Positions 12,040-25,866 of a stretch of DNA of 64,000 bases are shown one piece after another. Location: positions 43,780,280 to 43,844,279 of the forward strand of contig NC_057718.1 in assembly GCF_004010195.1 (NCBI RefSeq). Reading direction: 5' to 3'. The DNA comes from Chiloscyllium plagiosum. Lineage: Eukaryota. Under the pieces are notes generated by a model, which was not told where the DNA came from, searched no databases, and was given only the letters and a program-made list of their open reading frames with translations. How positions within the stretch are numbered: position 1 is the first letter of the stretch; every line of letters starts with the position of its first letter. The position numbers were made by a program, and so were the translations under genes.

Positions 12040-12360
12040 AAAGTTTGCAGAGAGCAAAGTCTCACAAATTGTCATGAAGTAAATGACCAGAAGGTTTTTT
12101 TATGTGTAATATTGATTGGGAGGTGCATCAATGCTGGCCAAACATTCCCCCGCCTTTCTTCAAAAGGTAGTGTGGGATTTCTACATCCTTATAGTAGACA
12201 AGTATTAACATCTCATGTGAAAAATTGTAGTCTTTGATTATGTTCCCTCAGTATCACAATGCCCATGCCAGCTTTTATTATGTGCTCATGTGTCACAATC
12301 AAGACTTAAAATGATAACCTTTTGATTTAAAGGCAAGTGCGCTATGACTCAGTGAAGGCC
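12040..12360 (-). mobile_element. Old SINE, possibly Deu-domain; similar relics near 8870-9170, 61375-61600 and 62600-62800
   Basis: Shared degenerate blocks (CTTCTTCAAA..GGGATTT..CATC; CCCTCAGTA..) recur at these places. Family name is from memory. Confidence 0.4.
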
Positions 12361-12669
12361 ATCGGCCTGTAAATGAAATCTATGCCCCTTTTTTTCCATC
12401 TTATATTCAGACAACATAATTGTTCTTACTTTGTATGATTACAATGTTAGTAACTTTTCAGCATTATATTAAGCCTATCAGCATTGTTAAAATGTGGTTT
12501 GGCTATGAATTGTGTATTTGCTCTGTTTTGAAGCTCAGAAAATGTGGAACTACTGACTTTCAATGATACCAGCCCCCAGAATTGGCTTAATTGATTTGTC
12601 AGCATTGATTATTTGCTAACATGATAAATCTGTGTCAGATTGTGATGAACTGTCTGTGTTCTATCTATA

Positions 12670-12833
12670 GAGACAAAAAAAAAAACTGCAGATGCTGGAA
12701 TCCAACGTAGATTCACAGGAGGCTGGAAGAACACAGTAAGCCAGACAGCATTAGGAGATGGAGAAATGTTGACTTCTCCACCTCCTGATGCTGTCTGCCT
12801 TGCTGTGTTCTTCCAGCCTCCTGCCTGTCTACC
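12670..12833. mobile_element. Penelope-like terminal hairpin insertion with 16-bp TSD
   Basis: Inverted arms CAGGAGGCTGGAAGAACACAG and CTGTGTTCTTCCAGCCTCCTG; CTGTG(T/G)TCTATCTATA at 12654-12669 and 12834-12849. Confidence 0.75.
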
Positions 12834-13646
12834 CTGTGGTCTATCTATAAGCTTTTGTTTCAACAGGATCCCATACTCAAACTGGTACAAACTTGGTCTC
12901 ACATACAGTGTCTGCATTCTTCATCTCACCATGGTGCATTCAATGTAATTTGCAAGCTCATTGTTATTAGAGCAATATTGTCACAACCTGCAATTGTCTT
13001 TATGGCAATATAGTTTACACTATGAAAGAATATTGCATTGAGATGCAGTTGGACAAACTACTCAACGCTTTCAGGATTGCCGAAATTAACTTGTTTGCTT
13101 CCAAACTGATTAACAGACTGAATAACTAATCTCCTGCAAACTAAATACTGACTAGTTTTTCCCTTTCAATCCAAACAATTACTTGGAACATCTCAAGATA
13201 GAAAGGACCCAGTTGCTCCTGATAACTGTTGAGGAGAAATTGTTAAATTATGGCAGAAAAATGTTGCTGAGAAGAAGTCTGTACCTTCACTGAATGAGAA
13301 TTTGGGATAACTAGAACCTTCTCCCACAAAGATGAGATGACACTAATGGAGATGCATCACCCAATTAAAATGCTATAGTACATGCAGTGGGGATCTGACA
13401 GCAACCTGAGGATGGTAGATAATGAAGCAGGTTTCAACGAACCCTCCCCAAAGCCACAGGACAGGGCAAGTTGACCACCCTTGTAACTGCTGCCAGCACA
13501 ATAAAGTATAACTGTCTCTGAAGTAAACACAAAACCCTCCAAGGTTCTGGTCAGCAATATTAGGCTGAGCCCTGCTGCTCAGTTTACCAAATGACAGAAA
13601 GGCCCAGAGATCACTACAGAATCCTAGAATACATGCAACTATAAGC

Positions 13647-14125
13647 TCAAAAGATATAGGAGCAGAATGTGGCTATTCAGCCTATCGAGTCTGCTCCGTA
13701 TTTGATTATTGCTGATATGTTTCTCACCCCCATTATCCTGCTTTCTCCCCATAACCCTCCATCCCTTTACCATTCAAAAATCAATCTATCTCTATCTTAA
13801 ATACAGTCAATAACTTGGCTTCCTTAGCTCTCTGTATCAATGAGTTCCACAGAATAACCACTCTCTCGCCAAAGAATTCCCTCCTCATCTCAGTTCTCAA
13901 GGGTAGTCCCCTCACTCTGAGGCTGCATCTTCAGATCCTAGTCTCTCCTACTAGTGAAGACATCTTGTCTACATCTACCCTCGGCTTCTCGTGTTCTGTA
14001 CGTTTCAATCAGATACCACCGCCCCCCCCCCCCACCCCACCCCATCCTTCTCAACTCCATCAAGGACAGACCCAGAGACCTCAGCTACTCCTCATAATGC
14101 AAGTCCTTTATCCCCAGGATCATTC
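13647..14125 (-). mobile_element. CR1-clade LINE 3' end
   Basis: Minus strand LRVRGLPLRTEMRREF..RVVILWNSL plus the typical 3' UTR. Confidence 0.75.
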
Positions 14126-15141
14126 TTCTAAAAAGCCAGCATTACCCCAGAAATAAACCTAATAAAGGAATCCAAATTAGATTGTCTGACTCAGGGATTG
14201 TGAAAACAGCTGTGGAATACTTTACAGTTTCTCTCCATAAACTGTCAGGAACATTTAAAAAGGAAAATCACCATATGAAGCACTCCTTAGTAACATTTTT
14301 TTTTATCAACACCTCATGAATCTGGGATTGTTTCTAAACCTAAATTGCATTGAGGTCTCTGTGCTTATTGCCATGCCTAGACTGTGAATTTTGTGGTCCA
14401 TCTCTGAAAATGATCAATTCAACAAGATACAGCTTTAAAACATTAAGTTAAGGGATGGAAATGGAAACTGAGATTCCATTAAATAACTATAGTTGTATGA
14501 TCTCTGTGAATGAGAGAATGAATGAATATTTCTTTACCACTTTTTTCCTTCTTATCAGAACAAATGTTGAAAAGAAATGAACAGTGTTCATTTATTCCCC
14601 CAAAGGTGATGTTGCAAATGGATTAAAAAACATATTTAGTACATATGTATATACATCAAGCACATTCAACAACTCAACAAAGATTGCTGTTGTAATCAGA
14701 AACCTTCCAGAGCTTCTCAAACATTAAAGAAAGCTAGATAATCAATGCCTCATCTACCTCCTGATTGAACTGGAATTAAAATATTGTGTTATAAACTGCA
14801 CAGAGATAAAGAATGAAACATTATAGGGATCTGAAAGATTTGGGCTATGGGGAGATTGATGGCAGAATTGGTTGAGAAGTCTGTCAAAGCTTATCTTAAC
14901 ATTAAGAGCATCTTGCTCCATTTTTAATGCATCTAACAAGTGACGTAGCAAGGCAGCAGCAAGTTGGCAATTAAGGGAAATTATTGCTCATTAAAGGCAA
15001 TGTTAATGACTAGATTGCCTCATTAATATCCAAATTCCAAATGTACCAAACAAGCCAATTATTGAGAAATCCTAACATGGAATCAGAACAAGGAGCTACA
15101 GACTTTAGTTTGCCACTTGCTCCAAAGGACTTCCGTGGACT

Positions 15142-15552
15142 CAGAGTCATACAGCACAGAAATTGACCTTCAGTCAAATCAGTCCATGCTGAACATAATC
15201 CCAAAGTAAACTAGTCCCACCTGCCTGCTCCTGACCCATAGCCTTCTAAACCTTTTCTGTTCATGTACTTATCCAAACATCTTTTAAATGTTGTAATTGT
15301 ACGCACATCCACCACTTCCTCAGGAAGTTCATACGACATACAAACCAATCCCCCTGTGAAAAATTTGCCCTCATGTCTTTTTTAAATCTCCCTCCTCTCG
15401 ACTTAAAGATGTGCCCCCTCATCTCGAAATCTCCCAATCTAGGGAAGAGACAACTTACCCCTCTATCTATACACCTCATTATTGTATAAACTTCTATAAG
15501 ATCTCCTCTCAGCCTCCTATGCTCCAGTGAAAGAAGTCTCAGTCTATCTATG
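15142..15552 (-). mobile_element. CR1-clade LINE 3' end
   Basis: LSLEHRRLRGDLIEVYTIMR..RGHIFK and a (CTCTGA/CTCTAT)-type tail. Confidence 0.88.
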
Positions 15553-15589
15553 TTGCTAAGGACCAAGGTTCTAAGGTAGTGAGGAAGCA

Positions 15590-16070
15590 GCGCAGAGACC
15601 ATTCAGTTTACTGATATGAGAGATTGGAGTGGGTGACAGTACTTGAGACAAAATGTTGCAGGTAGTACGGAGAGCGGTAGAGCATGAGGTTTGGTGGGAG
15701 GTGGGTGCAGGAACAGACAAAGGGTGAGTATGAGGTAGTTGAAAGAACACTGTGGCACTTATTCTGGCAGAGTGGTAAAGTTCATCAATATTCTTACCAC
15801 ATTCCTGGTCATTCCCCCAGACCATTGAGACAGCATAATCCAGGTTGGAGACTTCAAAGCATGTTGCAGGGTGTGGCCTTCTTTATCAGTCCTCTGGGAA
15901 GGGGACTCATCTCCTTTACTACTCTCTTGACCAGAACCTCCATGTCCCTGGTGGAGAATCATGCTGCCAAGTTGCCTTTCTCAGAGCTCTTCACAAAAAT
16001 CCCGTACTTAGCAGGGCAGCTTCAGAATGCCAAAAGCTGCCAGTGCTCATCTGGGTGCACAGCATCTTTT
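15590..16070 (-). mobile_element. PIF/Harbinger-type Myb/SANT gene relic
   Basis: Minus strand FSTRDMEVLVKRV..NDQECGKNIDELYHSAR resembles the Myb/SANT motif FS..LE.LV..QCRKK.NDL. The following non-coding block recurs near 31330-31440 and 54180-54300. Confidence 0.55.
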
Positions 16071-16334
16071 TAACATTGCAAGGCCATTTGGGCTCCTGAT
16101 CTTTCACTGGATATCCTTTGAGTAGCGTATTGTCCTGGGATTGGTTAGTGCGCAGATGGGTTGGGAATTAGTGACAGGTGCTATAGCAATGGCATGGCTA
16201 GTCCATGAGGAGTATTTGGTCAGGAACATCAAGAAGTTTTGCATGGCTTTGTGGTGGAAATCCCTCCAAAACTTTGATGCACTTAGCTAAACAGATATTG
16301 TTGGATTCAGCTCAAAGTTTTGCAGAGATGGTAC

Positions 16335-16578
16335 CGACAGTGGGAATGTTACTGGACTAGCAATTCAGAACCCAATGCTAATATTCTGGGGATGTGGATT
16401 TGACCCACACCATGATAGCTGGTGGACATTTGAATTCCTTAAACATCTTCCCGGCACTAGCCTAGATGTGGTTGATTCTTGGTTGCCCTGAGCAAGCCCC
16501 ATGGTTGAAGGACAATTTGGGATGGACAATGTATACTAGTTTAGCCAGGGATGCCCATATTCCAAAAATAAATTTTAA
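16335..16578 (+). mobile_element. tRNA-derived SINE whose tail matches the 3' end of the LINE at 19415; partial reverse copy near 49895-50025
   Basis: CAGTGGGAATGTTACTGGACTAG head and TAGCCAGGGATGCCCATATTCC tail. Confidence 0.55.
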
Positions 16579-17589
16579 ATATAAGGTAATAAGTTGAGAA
16601 AAGTGAAATGGAAAGTGTTTTCACGTGTATTAGATGAATGGCCAGTTAGCCTGCCTCTCTGTAGTTAGGGAGAAAATGATTAAACTCCTTTCTTCCGTGA
16701 TTTGTGTGGCACGCTGTAATAGAAGCAGCAACAAATGGTCTGTGTACCATTTTGCACCACAGGCTGAATATTGCAGTTCTCTCCTTCTTGTGTACTTTAA
16801 AATTTAAAACTATTCTTTGAGAAAATTTAGTCACATTAAGGCTTATCAGAAAAATACTCAAATATATTTTAAGTCTTTCTGTTGTGTCATGCAAGTGCAT
16901 TTAACCTCTCTGGACACGACTCTGGATTCCATTTTAAAAATTTCCAATATGGGTATTAAGTATTGAATTCACAGGCTGCTTTGACCCCAATTACTGCTGC
17001 TTTCATCATTGAGGTGGGAAGCCACTATGAATATTTAGTTTTATAACTTGATATAAAGGGGATAAATATATGTAAAAGAAAATCTTTTCAAATTTGCTGA
17101 CAACTGCTGCACAAGAAGAAAATCTGCTTTTGCAATTTCCACCTGGTGCAGCAGGCAAGTCAGCCATAAAGCACCTGAACGTGGCAGATTTACTGCAGGA
17201 TTGGAGGGAGAGAAGTCTATTTGGTCACCATGTTATCACCCTTGGCAATAAATTTGGAAGTATGATAACATAATTTTGCCTAATGGAAAATATCTCAACA
17301 CCTGGAAGTCAAATGAGGTGAACTGGAGAATGGCTGCAAGTTGTTCGTCCTCTGTGTAAACATCCTTTACATGCAGTCCTTCCAGCAGAAAATGGCTCAG
17401 AAACAGATATAAATCAAATAATCTAAATTATTAACTTCAATATATTATTTGTGATAAAGAGGACATGCATAATGAATAAAAAACAAGTAACAAAGGAAGA
17501 TTCTATTTTCCGTAGTATTAAGCATTAGGTGTGCAAAATAAAATATATTTCTAAAGATTATAAAAACAGAAGTTGTGGGGAAATAAGTT

Positions 17590-17982
17590 GTACATTACAG
17601 AAACAGACCCTTCAGTCCAACTCATCCATGTTGACCAGATATCATATATTAATGTAGTCCCACTTACCAGCATTTGGCCCATATCCCTCCAAAGCCTTCC
17701 TATTCACATATCCATCCAGGTGCCTTTTAAATGTTGTAATTGTACCAGCCTCCACCACTTTGCCTGCAGTTCATTCCATGTACGCACCACCCTCTGCATG
17801 AAAAGATTGCCTCTTAAATCCCTTTTATATCTTTCCCTTCTCACCATAAACCTATGCCCTCTAGTTTTGCATTCCCCTATCCTGGGAAAAACACCTTGGC
17901 TATTCACCCTATTCATGCCCTTCAAGGTTTTATAAATCTCCATAAGGTCACCCCTCAGCCTCCGACACTCCAGGGAAAATAG
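17590..17982 (-). mobile_element. CR1-clade LINE 3' end
   Basis: RLRGDLMEIYKTLKGMNRV..TRGHRF..RVVRTWNEL. Confidence 0.9.
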
Positions 17983-18224
17983 AATACTTGACGTGTCAGG
18001 CAGCGTTTATGGTGAGAGAATCAAAGGTTGACCAACTTTCAGCAGAACTGGAAACACCTTGAGATATAAGAGGGTTCAAGCATCCATACACAGAAGGGAG
18101 AGAAAAAGACAAAGGAGAAGGTTTATGTTTGGTGAAGACAGGAAGGATTAAAAGAATAAGTGAATGCTGATTCAAGGATGAAAATTATTTTTGAGGAGTT
18201 TTAAATGGCAATGGGAGAAACTTT

Positions 18225-18930
18225 CTTTCAGTATCTATCCTATCAAGCCCCCTCAGGACCTTGTATGATTCAATCACCTCTCATTCTTCTAAACTCCAAT
18301 AGATATAGGCCAACAAGTACAACATTTGCTTGTATATAAATCAGTCAAGTGAACCCTCTGTGAATTGTTTCTAATGCAATTATGTTCTTTCTTAAGTATG
18401 GAAATAAAAATAGAATACTCCAGATGTGGTCTTAGCAATGCTATATTTAATTCCCCTTGCAACAAACAAAAGCAATCCATTTGCCTTCCTAATCACTTGC
18501 TGTGCCTACATACTAACTTCTTTTGTGATTCAAGTAACAGATAACTAAATTCCTGTGCACCACAGAGTTTGGCAATCTCTCTCCATCTACATAATTTGTT
18601 CCTTTTCTACTCTTCCTGCCATGTGGATAAGTCACCATTTTATCACATTATAATCTATCTGGCATTTTTCTTGCCTGCTGGTTTTACCTATTTATATTAT
18701 TTTGGAAATTTCTTATGTCCATCCATAATGTACTCTCCCACCTAGCTATCTTTATGCCATCAACAAATTTAGCAATCATACATTTGGTCTCTTCATCCAA
18801 GTCATTGATATAGATTGCAGGTGGCTCTGGCACTGATTCCTGTGGCATTTCACTCATTATGCCGTGCCAACCAGCATATAGACTATTCATCCCTCAACCC
18901 TGCTTCCTGATCGCTAGTCAATTCTTCATC
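18225..18930 (-). mobile_element. Old CR1 ORF2 fragment nested among Penelope fragments (about 17985-18200 and 19020-19415)
   Basis: MPQESVPEP..IYINDLDEETKCMIAKFVDG and LRPHLEYS on the minus strand. Confidence 0.75.
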
Positions 18931-19414
18931 TACTGTTGAGTCTGGTTGGTTATAATAGTTTGATTGAACTAAACAGTTCTTTCTCTCCCACCAAACTAAT
19001 TAGAACATTGTAGGACAGACAAGTCAGTGGCAGAGTGAAAAGTGAAAATTACACCTTCCTGAATGGTCAGGATTATGCTTGTGAACTGAGTTGCTGTGTT
19101 CCGAAAAGTGATCACCTGAGTTTTTTTTGCTTTCTGATGGGGAGGAAATTGCATTGTGGGCAACAAATATAGAATACTAAATAAAAGGAAGTAGAAGTAA
19201 ATTGATGTTTCTGCTGAAAGATAAATTTGGGCCCTTTTTGGGGTATCTGCAATTGCATAAACCTGTTACACTTCTAAATTTCTTGCAGTTCTGATGGAAC
19301 ATCATTTACCAAAGAGGTTAACATTCTGACTAAAGAGTTACAGCCTGACCTATTGAAGTATTTGCAGCATTTTCTATTGTTTGATCAGGTTTCCAGCATC
19401 CACAGTATTTTTTC

Positions 19415-20130
19415 TTATTCATTTATGAGATGTGGGCATCGCTGGCTGGCCAGTATTTATTGCCCATTGCAGTGCCCTTGAATGTTGGACTGAGGCTGCC
19501 TTCTTGACCTGCTGCAGTCCACCTGCTGTTGATTGCCTCACAATCCCATTAGGGAAAGAATTCCAGGTTTTTGACCCAGTGACAGTGAAGGAACAATAAA
19601 TCAGGATGGTGAGTAGCTTGGAGGGGAGGTTGCAGGTGGTAGTATTCCAATGTATCTGCTGCCCTTGTCCTTCTAGGTGGAACTGGTTATTGGTTTGGAA
19701 GGTTCTTTCTAAGGATCTTTGGTGAATTTCTACAGTGCATCCTGTAGATAGTAGCAGTAGTGTGTACTGAGCATTGGTAGTGGAGGGTGTGAATATTTGT
19801 GAATGTGGTATCCTGGATAGTGTAAAACTTTTTAAGTGTTGGTGGAGCTGCACCCAAGCAGCAAGTGAGGAGTATTCCAGCACACTACTGACTTTGTGTC
19901 TCGTAGCTCATGAAATGCTTTGGGGAGTCAGGAGGTGAATTACTTACTGCTGTATTCATAGCCTCTGATCTGCTCTTGAAGTAACTGTTTCTGTGATGAA
20001 TCCAGTTGAGCTTTAGGTCCAAGGTAACCCATAGGATGTTGATAAGTGTTGAATACTGTGCAATCATTAGTGAACATACTACTTCTGACCTTATGATGAA
20101 GAGATGCTTAACTATTGAGATGATGAGAAA
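19415..20130 (-). mobile_element. Non-LTR LINE 3' portion
   Basis: IIRSEVV..WVTLDLKLNW..MLEYSSLA..TGSKTWNSFPNGIV and 3' end GGGCAATAAATACTGGCCAGCCAGCGATGCCCACATC. Confidence 0.8.
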
Positions 20131-21702
20131 TACAAGACTTCTCATAATGGTCAAGCTACAGAAGAACAACAACAAATTGAAATCATATTAAATCAAATTT
20201 AACAGAAGATTCTTAGGCTGAAGAAAACTCATAAAAAATGCTTCAAATTTCACTTCATCATAATGGTATTAAATTATCATCTATGGATTTTTGAATTTCA
20301 TTTTCTGGACCTTTCATGAACTGAAATGGCTTTAAACAGTGACCAAAACCTTGATATAAAAATGTCCACAGGCATCACCTGACCTACACAAATTGCTATG
20401 TTTCAGGAAACTAATGTGTATTGGACAATTTGAAATTTAAAAATTACTGAAAGTCAATGAGACAAGCCAGCAAGTTCCCCTGGAGAGCTGTGAGAAGGCC
20501 TTCATCTCCTATTTAGACTTATAATTTTATAAGAATGTTCACATATTGGATATAGTGCCCTACCTGTTGAAGACAGAGAACGCATTTCAAGGACCTGGCT
20601 TCTGAAGAGAGAGAGAAGAAACTAAGGATGCAGTGTGAAACCATAGGAAAGTTACAGACTGTTGTGCCTGCACCAGTTGACGGAACATGCTGTCCATTCT
20701 AATTCTACTTACCAGCACCTAATCTGCAGCCTTGCATGTTGTTGGGCTTCTGGTGCAGATCCAGACTTCTTTCAAATGATTCAAGGGTTTCTGCCTCTTT
20801 CTGCATCAAGCCATGCAGTGAATTCCATAATTCTGTCACCCTCTGGGTGAAAAAGCTTTTGCTCATGTCCTCTCTAATCACTCTACCTTAAATCATGTCC
20901 AGTGGTATTTGACCTCTCTGTTAAAGGAAAGAGATCTCTGTAAATCTCTCCAAGCCCCTCATTATATTGCACATATCAGCCTCCTCATTTCTAAGAAAAA
21001 CAACACTAGCCTATCCAGTCTCCCCTCATACCTGCAGTTTTTCAAACCCTGTTTTCATAAATCTCCTCTACTCTCTGTACTCTCTCTACAGCAACTATAT
21101 CCTTCCTCTAATGAGGTGACTATAGCAATACAAAATAAAACTTCAACTGTGGCCCAAGCCTTTTCTTAAGTTTTTTTTCAGCATTACTCCTCTGCACTTT
21201 TACTAATGTCTCACCCAAGGAAGGAAAGTACCCAATATGCTGTTTTTGCCATTTTATCTACATGTTCCGCCACCTTCACGGAATTGTAGACATGAACTTC
21301 AAGATCACTTCCTCTATCACCCTCAATACTCTCCCATTTATTATGTATTCGCTTGCTTTAATTGTTGTCCCCAAATGCATAATTTTGCATTGATCTGTAT
21401 TGAATTCTATTGGCCACTTTCCTGGCCTCCCTTCCTCAGTCATCACCTAACTCTTAATGGACTGATAAAACATCTTTGAGTTTTCCTGAATTTTACCAAC
21501 CAATATCTTTTCTATCTTCTCTTTGCTTTTCAAATTTCTTATTTTAACTTTTTCCCTGTATTTTCTGTACTTCTCCAAGCTTCCTAAAATTTGGCTTGTT
21601 TTTGAGATTGTCTTAAGCTGTATTTTTCTGCTTTATTTTGCACTGTATGCTTTCTGATAGTGAGGAGACTCTAGATTCAGCATTCAGCATTCAGCATGAA
21701 GA

Positions 21703-21970
21703 GTGACACAGTGGCTCAGTGATTAGCACTGCTGCCTCATAGCACTAGGGTCCTAGGTTCAATTCTGGCCTCAGGTGACTGTCTGTGTGGAGTTTGTACC
21801 TTCTCCCTATGTCTGTATTGGTTTCCTCCCACAGTCCAATGATATGCAGACTAGGTGAATTGCCCACATTGTTAGGTGCTTTAGTCAGAGGGGATTGGGT
21901 TACTCTTCGGATGGTCAGTGTGGATTGGTTGGGTCATAGAGCCTGTTTCCACACTGTAGGGAATCTAATC
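21703..21970 (+). mobile_element. HE1/V-type SINE, near full length
   Basis: A box TGGCTCAGTG, B box GGTTCAATTC, V-domain TGTGTGGAGTTTG..TTCTCCC..GGTTTCCTCCCACAGTCC, tail GCCTGTTTCCACACTGTAGGG. Confidence 0.88.
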
Positions 21971-23056
21971 ATTCCTCCCTCTATCTGTGTTAGGATATGT
22001 CTACTCTGTGCCCATAGCAGCTCACTTTTGAATGTCTCCAATGATTTGCCACTTGACTTCCCTTCAGGTAGGTGTAACAAGTTCACTTTTGCCAGATTGC
22101 AGCTTTGTAAAGTTTGCCGCCCCCAATTTAGATTTCTCACTCGATTTCCATAATGCGAAACCTAACTAAATCTAATTATGATTGTAGTATCATAAATGGT
22201 CACCTACTGCCACCTCACCCAGCTTCATTTCCTAAGAATCAATCTAGAATCACACCCTCTCTCATTGGAATTGTTCAGTGCTGGATAAAATAAAGATTCT
22301 CTTCAACGCATTTCAAGAATTTTGTGTCTTTCACACTGCTTATACTCCAGGTGATATTTGAGTAATTAAAGTCATCAACTGTTATTGCCCCTATTGTTTT
22401 TGCACTCAGAAATTTGTCTAGTACAAATCAAACAGTACTGCTACCCCTTTTTCATTTCTGAGTTCAAACCATATAGTGTCATTTAATGGATGATTTAGTA
22501 TATCATCTCTCCTCACAGCTATGATTGATTCTTTAATCAATAATACTATATTCCCCATCTTTTTAACTCCTTCTCTAACCTGTCTAAAGACTCTATATCC
22601 AGGAATGTTGAGCTGCCATTTTTGTTCCTCCTCAAGCCAAGTTTCCACTGTAGCAAGTATATCACGCTGCCATATTTGCATCTGTGTCTTCAGCTCATAT
22701 CTTTATTCACCATGACCTCTGCAACTGCCTTTAAATGCAGTCAATTTTCTGTTCTGTACATTTTCAATGTCTGCTTCCTCTGTCTTTCAAAGTCATTCAT
22801 TAATTTTCTGCCCTCGTTCGCTGCATTGAAATTGCCCTCAGGTTCTCACCCACTGCCAAACTGGTTTAAATTCTCCCAATAGCATTATCAAATCTCCCTG
22901 CAAGGATATTTATCTTGGTCCTGTTCAGTGTACCATTTGGCTTGTATAGGTCCCACGTTCCTCAGAACTGTTTGCAATGCCTCAGAAAAATGATACCCAC
23001 CATTCAACATCAGTCTTTCAGCCACATGTTTAATCAATCAATTATCCTATTTCCAT

Positions 23057-23804
23057 TAAATAAAATAAAGAGCTGCTGATGCTAAAAGTCTGAAACAGAA
23101 ACAGGGATTGCTCGAGAAACTCAACAGTTCTGGCAGCATCTGTGGAGAGAAAGGAAAGTTAATGTTTTGAATCCAGTGAACCTTCTTCAGAACTGAGTAG
23201 CTGTGAAAGGAGCTACATAAACTGAAACAGGGTATGGGAAGGTGAAAAGAGTGAGCAGTAAGCAGAGATGGAGCCCAGAGAGAGAGAACAACAAGTAGGG
23301 AGACAAAGGAATGGTTGCTAGTGTGCCAGTAAGCTGCTAATGGGGACCACAAGTCAGTGAAAATGGGTTGGCTGTGCTAAAAGCAGCCCATGTTATGTCA
23401 GGGTGTGGGATGTGAAGGTGGGTAAAGGACATTGAAGAAGATGTCCAGGTTCTAAAATTATTGAACTTGATATTGAGTCCTGACGGCTGCCAGGTTGCCA
23501 ACATCATCTCACAGACTGTGTTTTTCAGCACAGACAATCCATTTTCACCTAGTTATAGTCCTCATTAGCAACCTATCTTTCTCCCTTGCATGTTATCATT
23601 TATCCCTTTGTCTCCCTATCCATCATTCTCTCTCTCTCTGGGCTCACTATTTCCCCCTCACCCCCTTTCTTCAGTGTATAAACCACCTTTTCCCAGCTCC
23701 TATCAGTTCTGAAGAAGAGTCACTGGTGCCAAAATGTTAACTCTGCTTTCTCTCCACAGATGCTGCCAGACTTGCTGAGTTTCTCTGGAAATTTCAGTTT
23801 TTGC
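23057..23804. mobile_element. Penelope-like element with inverted termini and about 13-bp TSD
   Basis: GGCAGCATCTGTGGAGAGAAAG and CTTTCTCTCCACAGATGCTGCC are inverted; a minus-strand QPSGLNIKFNNF C-terminus lies inside; ATCCT(T)ATTTCCAT at 23044-23056 and 23805-23818. Confidence 0.75.
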
Positions 23805-24971
23805 ATCCTTATTTCCATGTTCATTTGCATGTGGCATTGGGAGTAATCCTGAGACAACTGACCTTAGATGAGCTGCTTTTCAATTTCTTAACTAGCTCCC
23901 TGAAATCTGCTTTAAGGGCCTCATCCCAATTCCTACCCAAATTATTGACACCAATGTGCACCACAATCTCCAGTTAATCACCCTCTTTGAAAAGAATGCC
24001 CTGTAACCATTCTGTGACATCTTTTACCCTTACACCAGGGAGGCAACGTATCATCTTGAGGTCACATTGACAGTCACAGAAATGGCTGTCTGATCCCCTG
24101 GCTATGGAATCCCCTATTATTACCACTCTTCCATTCTTCTTCTTTGGCCTCTGAACAGCTAAGCCTCCTGTGCAATCATTGACTTAGCTGTGGCTGCACT
24201 TTAGTTACAGTAATCATTGCCCTCACCAGTATCCAAAAAGAAATACCAGTTTGCAAGCAAGATAGACTCAGGCGACTCCTGCACTGATGCATTGTTCTCT
24301 TAGATAGCCTAGCAATCACTCATTTCATCATTGCCTGTATGCTTCTATCCCACTGTGTGACCCCCCTCCCTGAACATGCTATTCACATTGTCCTCTGCCT
24401 CGCAGATGCAATGCAGTGACTGGAGCCACCATTGAACTTCTGAAACCTGGAATTCAAGCTCTACCACATATTTGTTTGACTAAACTACATGGCGTGTCCA
24501 TGACTTCACACGTACTGTAGGATATTCACTCCACTTGGCTGCTTGGCCCATAATTTTAAAAACAGTTTCTTACAAGTAGAAAATTAGAATCACTTACGAG
24601 TACTCACCAACCAGCCACACTCTCTGCACTGAAATAAAAGCCCACCACAGGAGGCAGCCACCCACTGACGTACTGTTTTCAGGCTCTCAGGCAGTTCCTT
24701 CTTGCGCTGTTCACAAGTAGTCAGACTACACCCCCTAAATGAGCACTGGCTGAGAATTCTCTCTCTCTTCCTCCATCTCTGTTCCTGACTCTCCAGAAGA
24801 AAAATCACCCTGTGATAATATTGATTAAGAAGAAACATCAGGACATCAAGAAATCAAAGGAAACTGCTTTCTTCACTACTGCTGTTCTTTCAAGAACTGT
24901 GGTCTCAAATTAAAGCCTAATGCGTCAAAGACACACTGAGGACTTCAAAATGAGTATTTATTTGTACAAGA

Positions 24972-25006
24972 TGTGTGTGTGTGTCTGTGTGTGTGTTTGT
25001 GTCTGT
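24972..25006. repeat. Imperfect (TG)n microsatellite
   Basis: TGTGTGTGTGTGTCTGTGTGTGTGTTTGTGTCTGT. Confidence 0.9.
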
Positions 25007-25049
25007 GAGAAATCACACACACATGATTTCACACAGACTGTACGCTTGA

Positions 25050-25285
25050 TTGAAATAGAAACTGTTGGAAAAGCTCAGCAATTCTGGCAGCATCTAAGAA
25101 ACTGAGGAAGGGTCACTTGACCTGCAACCTTAATTCTGATTTCTCGCCACAGATGCTGCCAGACCTGCTGAGAATCAAAGATAATGTCTCGGGTTGAGTG
25201 ACCCTTCCTCATTTCCTCAGATGCTGCCAACCTGCTGAGCTTTTCCAGCAATTTCCAATTTTCCAGCTTCTGCAGTTCTTTTATT
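25050..25285. mobile_element. Penelope-like nested hairpin terminus
   Basis: Two sets of inverted repeats: GGAAAAGCTCAGCA/TGCTGAGCTTTTCC and GAGGAAGGGTCACT/AGTGACCCTTCCTC. Confidence 0.7.
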
Positions 25286-25866
25286 ATACAGATCTTCAAA
25301 TTGATATGTAGAAGTTAAGGCTTAACTTTACATCATCATATGGAGGAGTAGTTAGACACTGAATTCAATCCAATGCAACTGACAAAGAAATTAAATAGTA
25401 ACTTATGAACTCCATTTGAAATACTGATAAATGAAATAATATTCTTTGCATTGTCTGCGTCATTGCGGTGACAATAGAAAGATCGTGGGTTGGATTCAAT
25501 GCAACTTGGAAATAGTGGCAGTGCTCACTTAGTCATGACAGAGGCTGCATGTCAATCTTCAAGTGGCTTAGTACTGCCTGTGATGAAATTGGAGACAGGA
25601 AAATGATCACAGTGCAAACTTGCCCTCTTGCAGTGAGATGTCAATTAGTCTCATTATTGAGCTGACTGACACTAATACTTCCTGAACTCTCTGGAATTTA
25701 GTGGCAGCTCAGAGATTAAATATGTGTGACATTGCCTTTCCATGCTTTCCAAAGGCCACCCAGCACCACACTTGTTAGTCATGCCTGTGCCCTTTTGGAG
25801 GAATTCTTATTTCCAAGGCATTTAGAACCAAATTGAGGGACTAACCATCTGAAGAGGGCTTACTAC

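Larger units (their letters stand above)
20640..24620 (-). mobile_element. Long decayed CR1-clade LINE (ORF1 region, endonuclease, RT and 3' fragments), interrupted by a SINE and a Penelope element
   Basis: Endonuclease DILATVETWLEEEQKWQLNIPGYRVFR at 22418-22681; WPIEFNTDQCKIMHLG near 21365-21420; ORF1-like CRECGW near 24610. Confidence 0.75.

Noticed and set aside
21703..21775. tRNA genes (also near 41870-41922 and 51630-51688)
   Set aside because: A and B boxes continue into a V-domain and LINE-like tail, so these are SINE heads.
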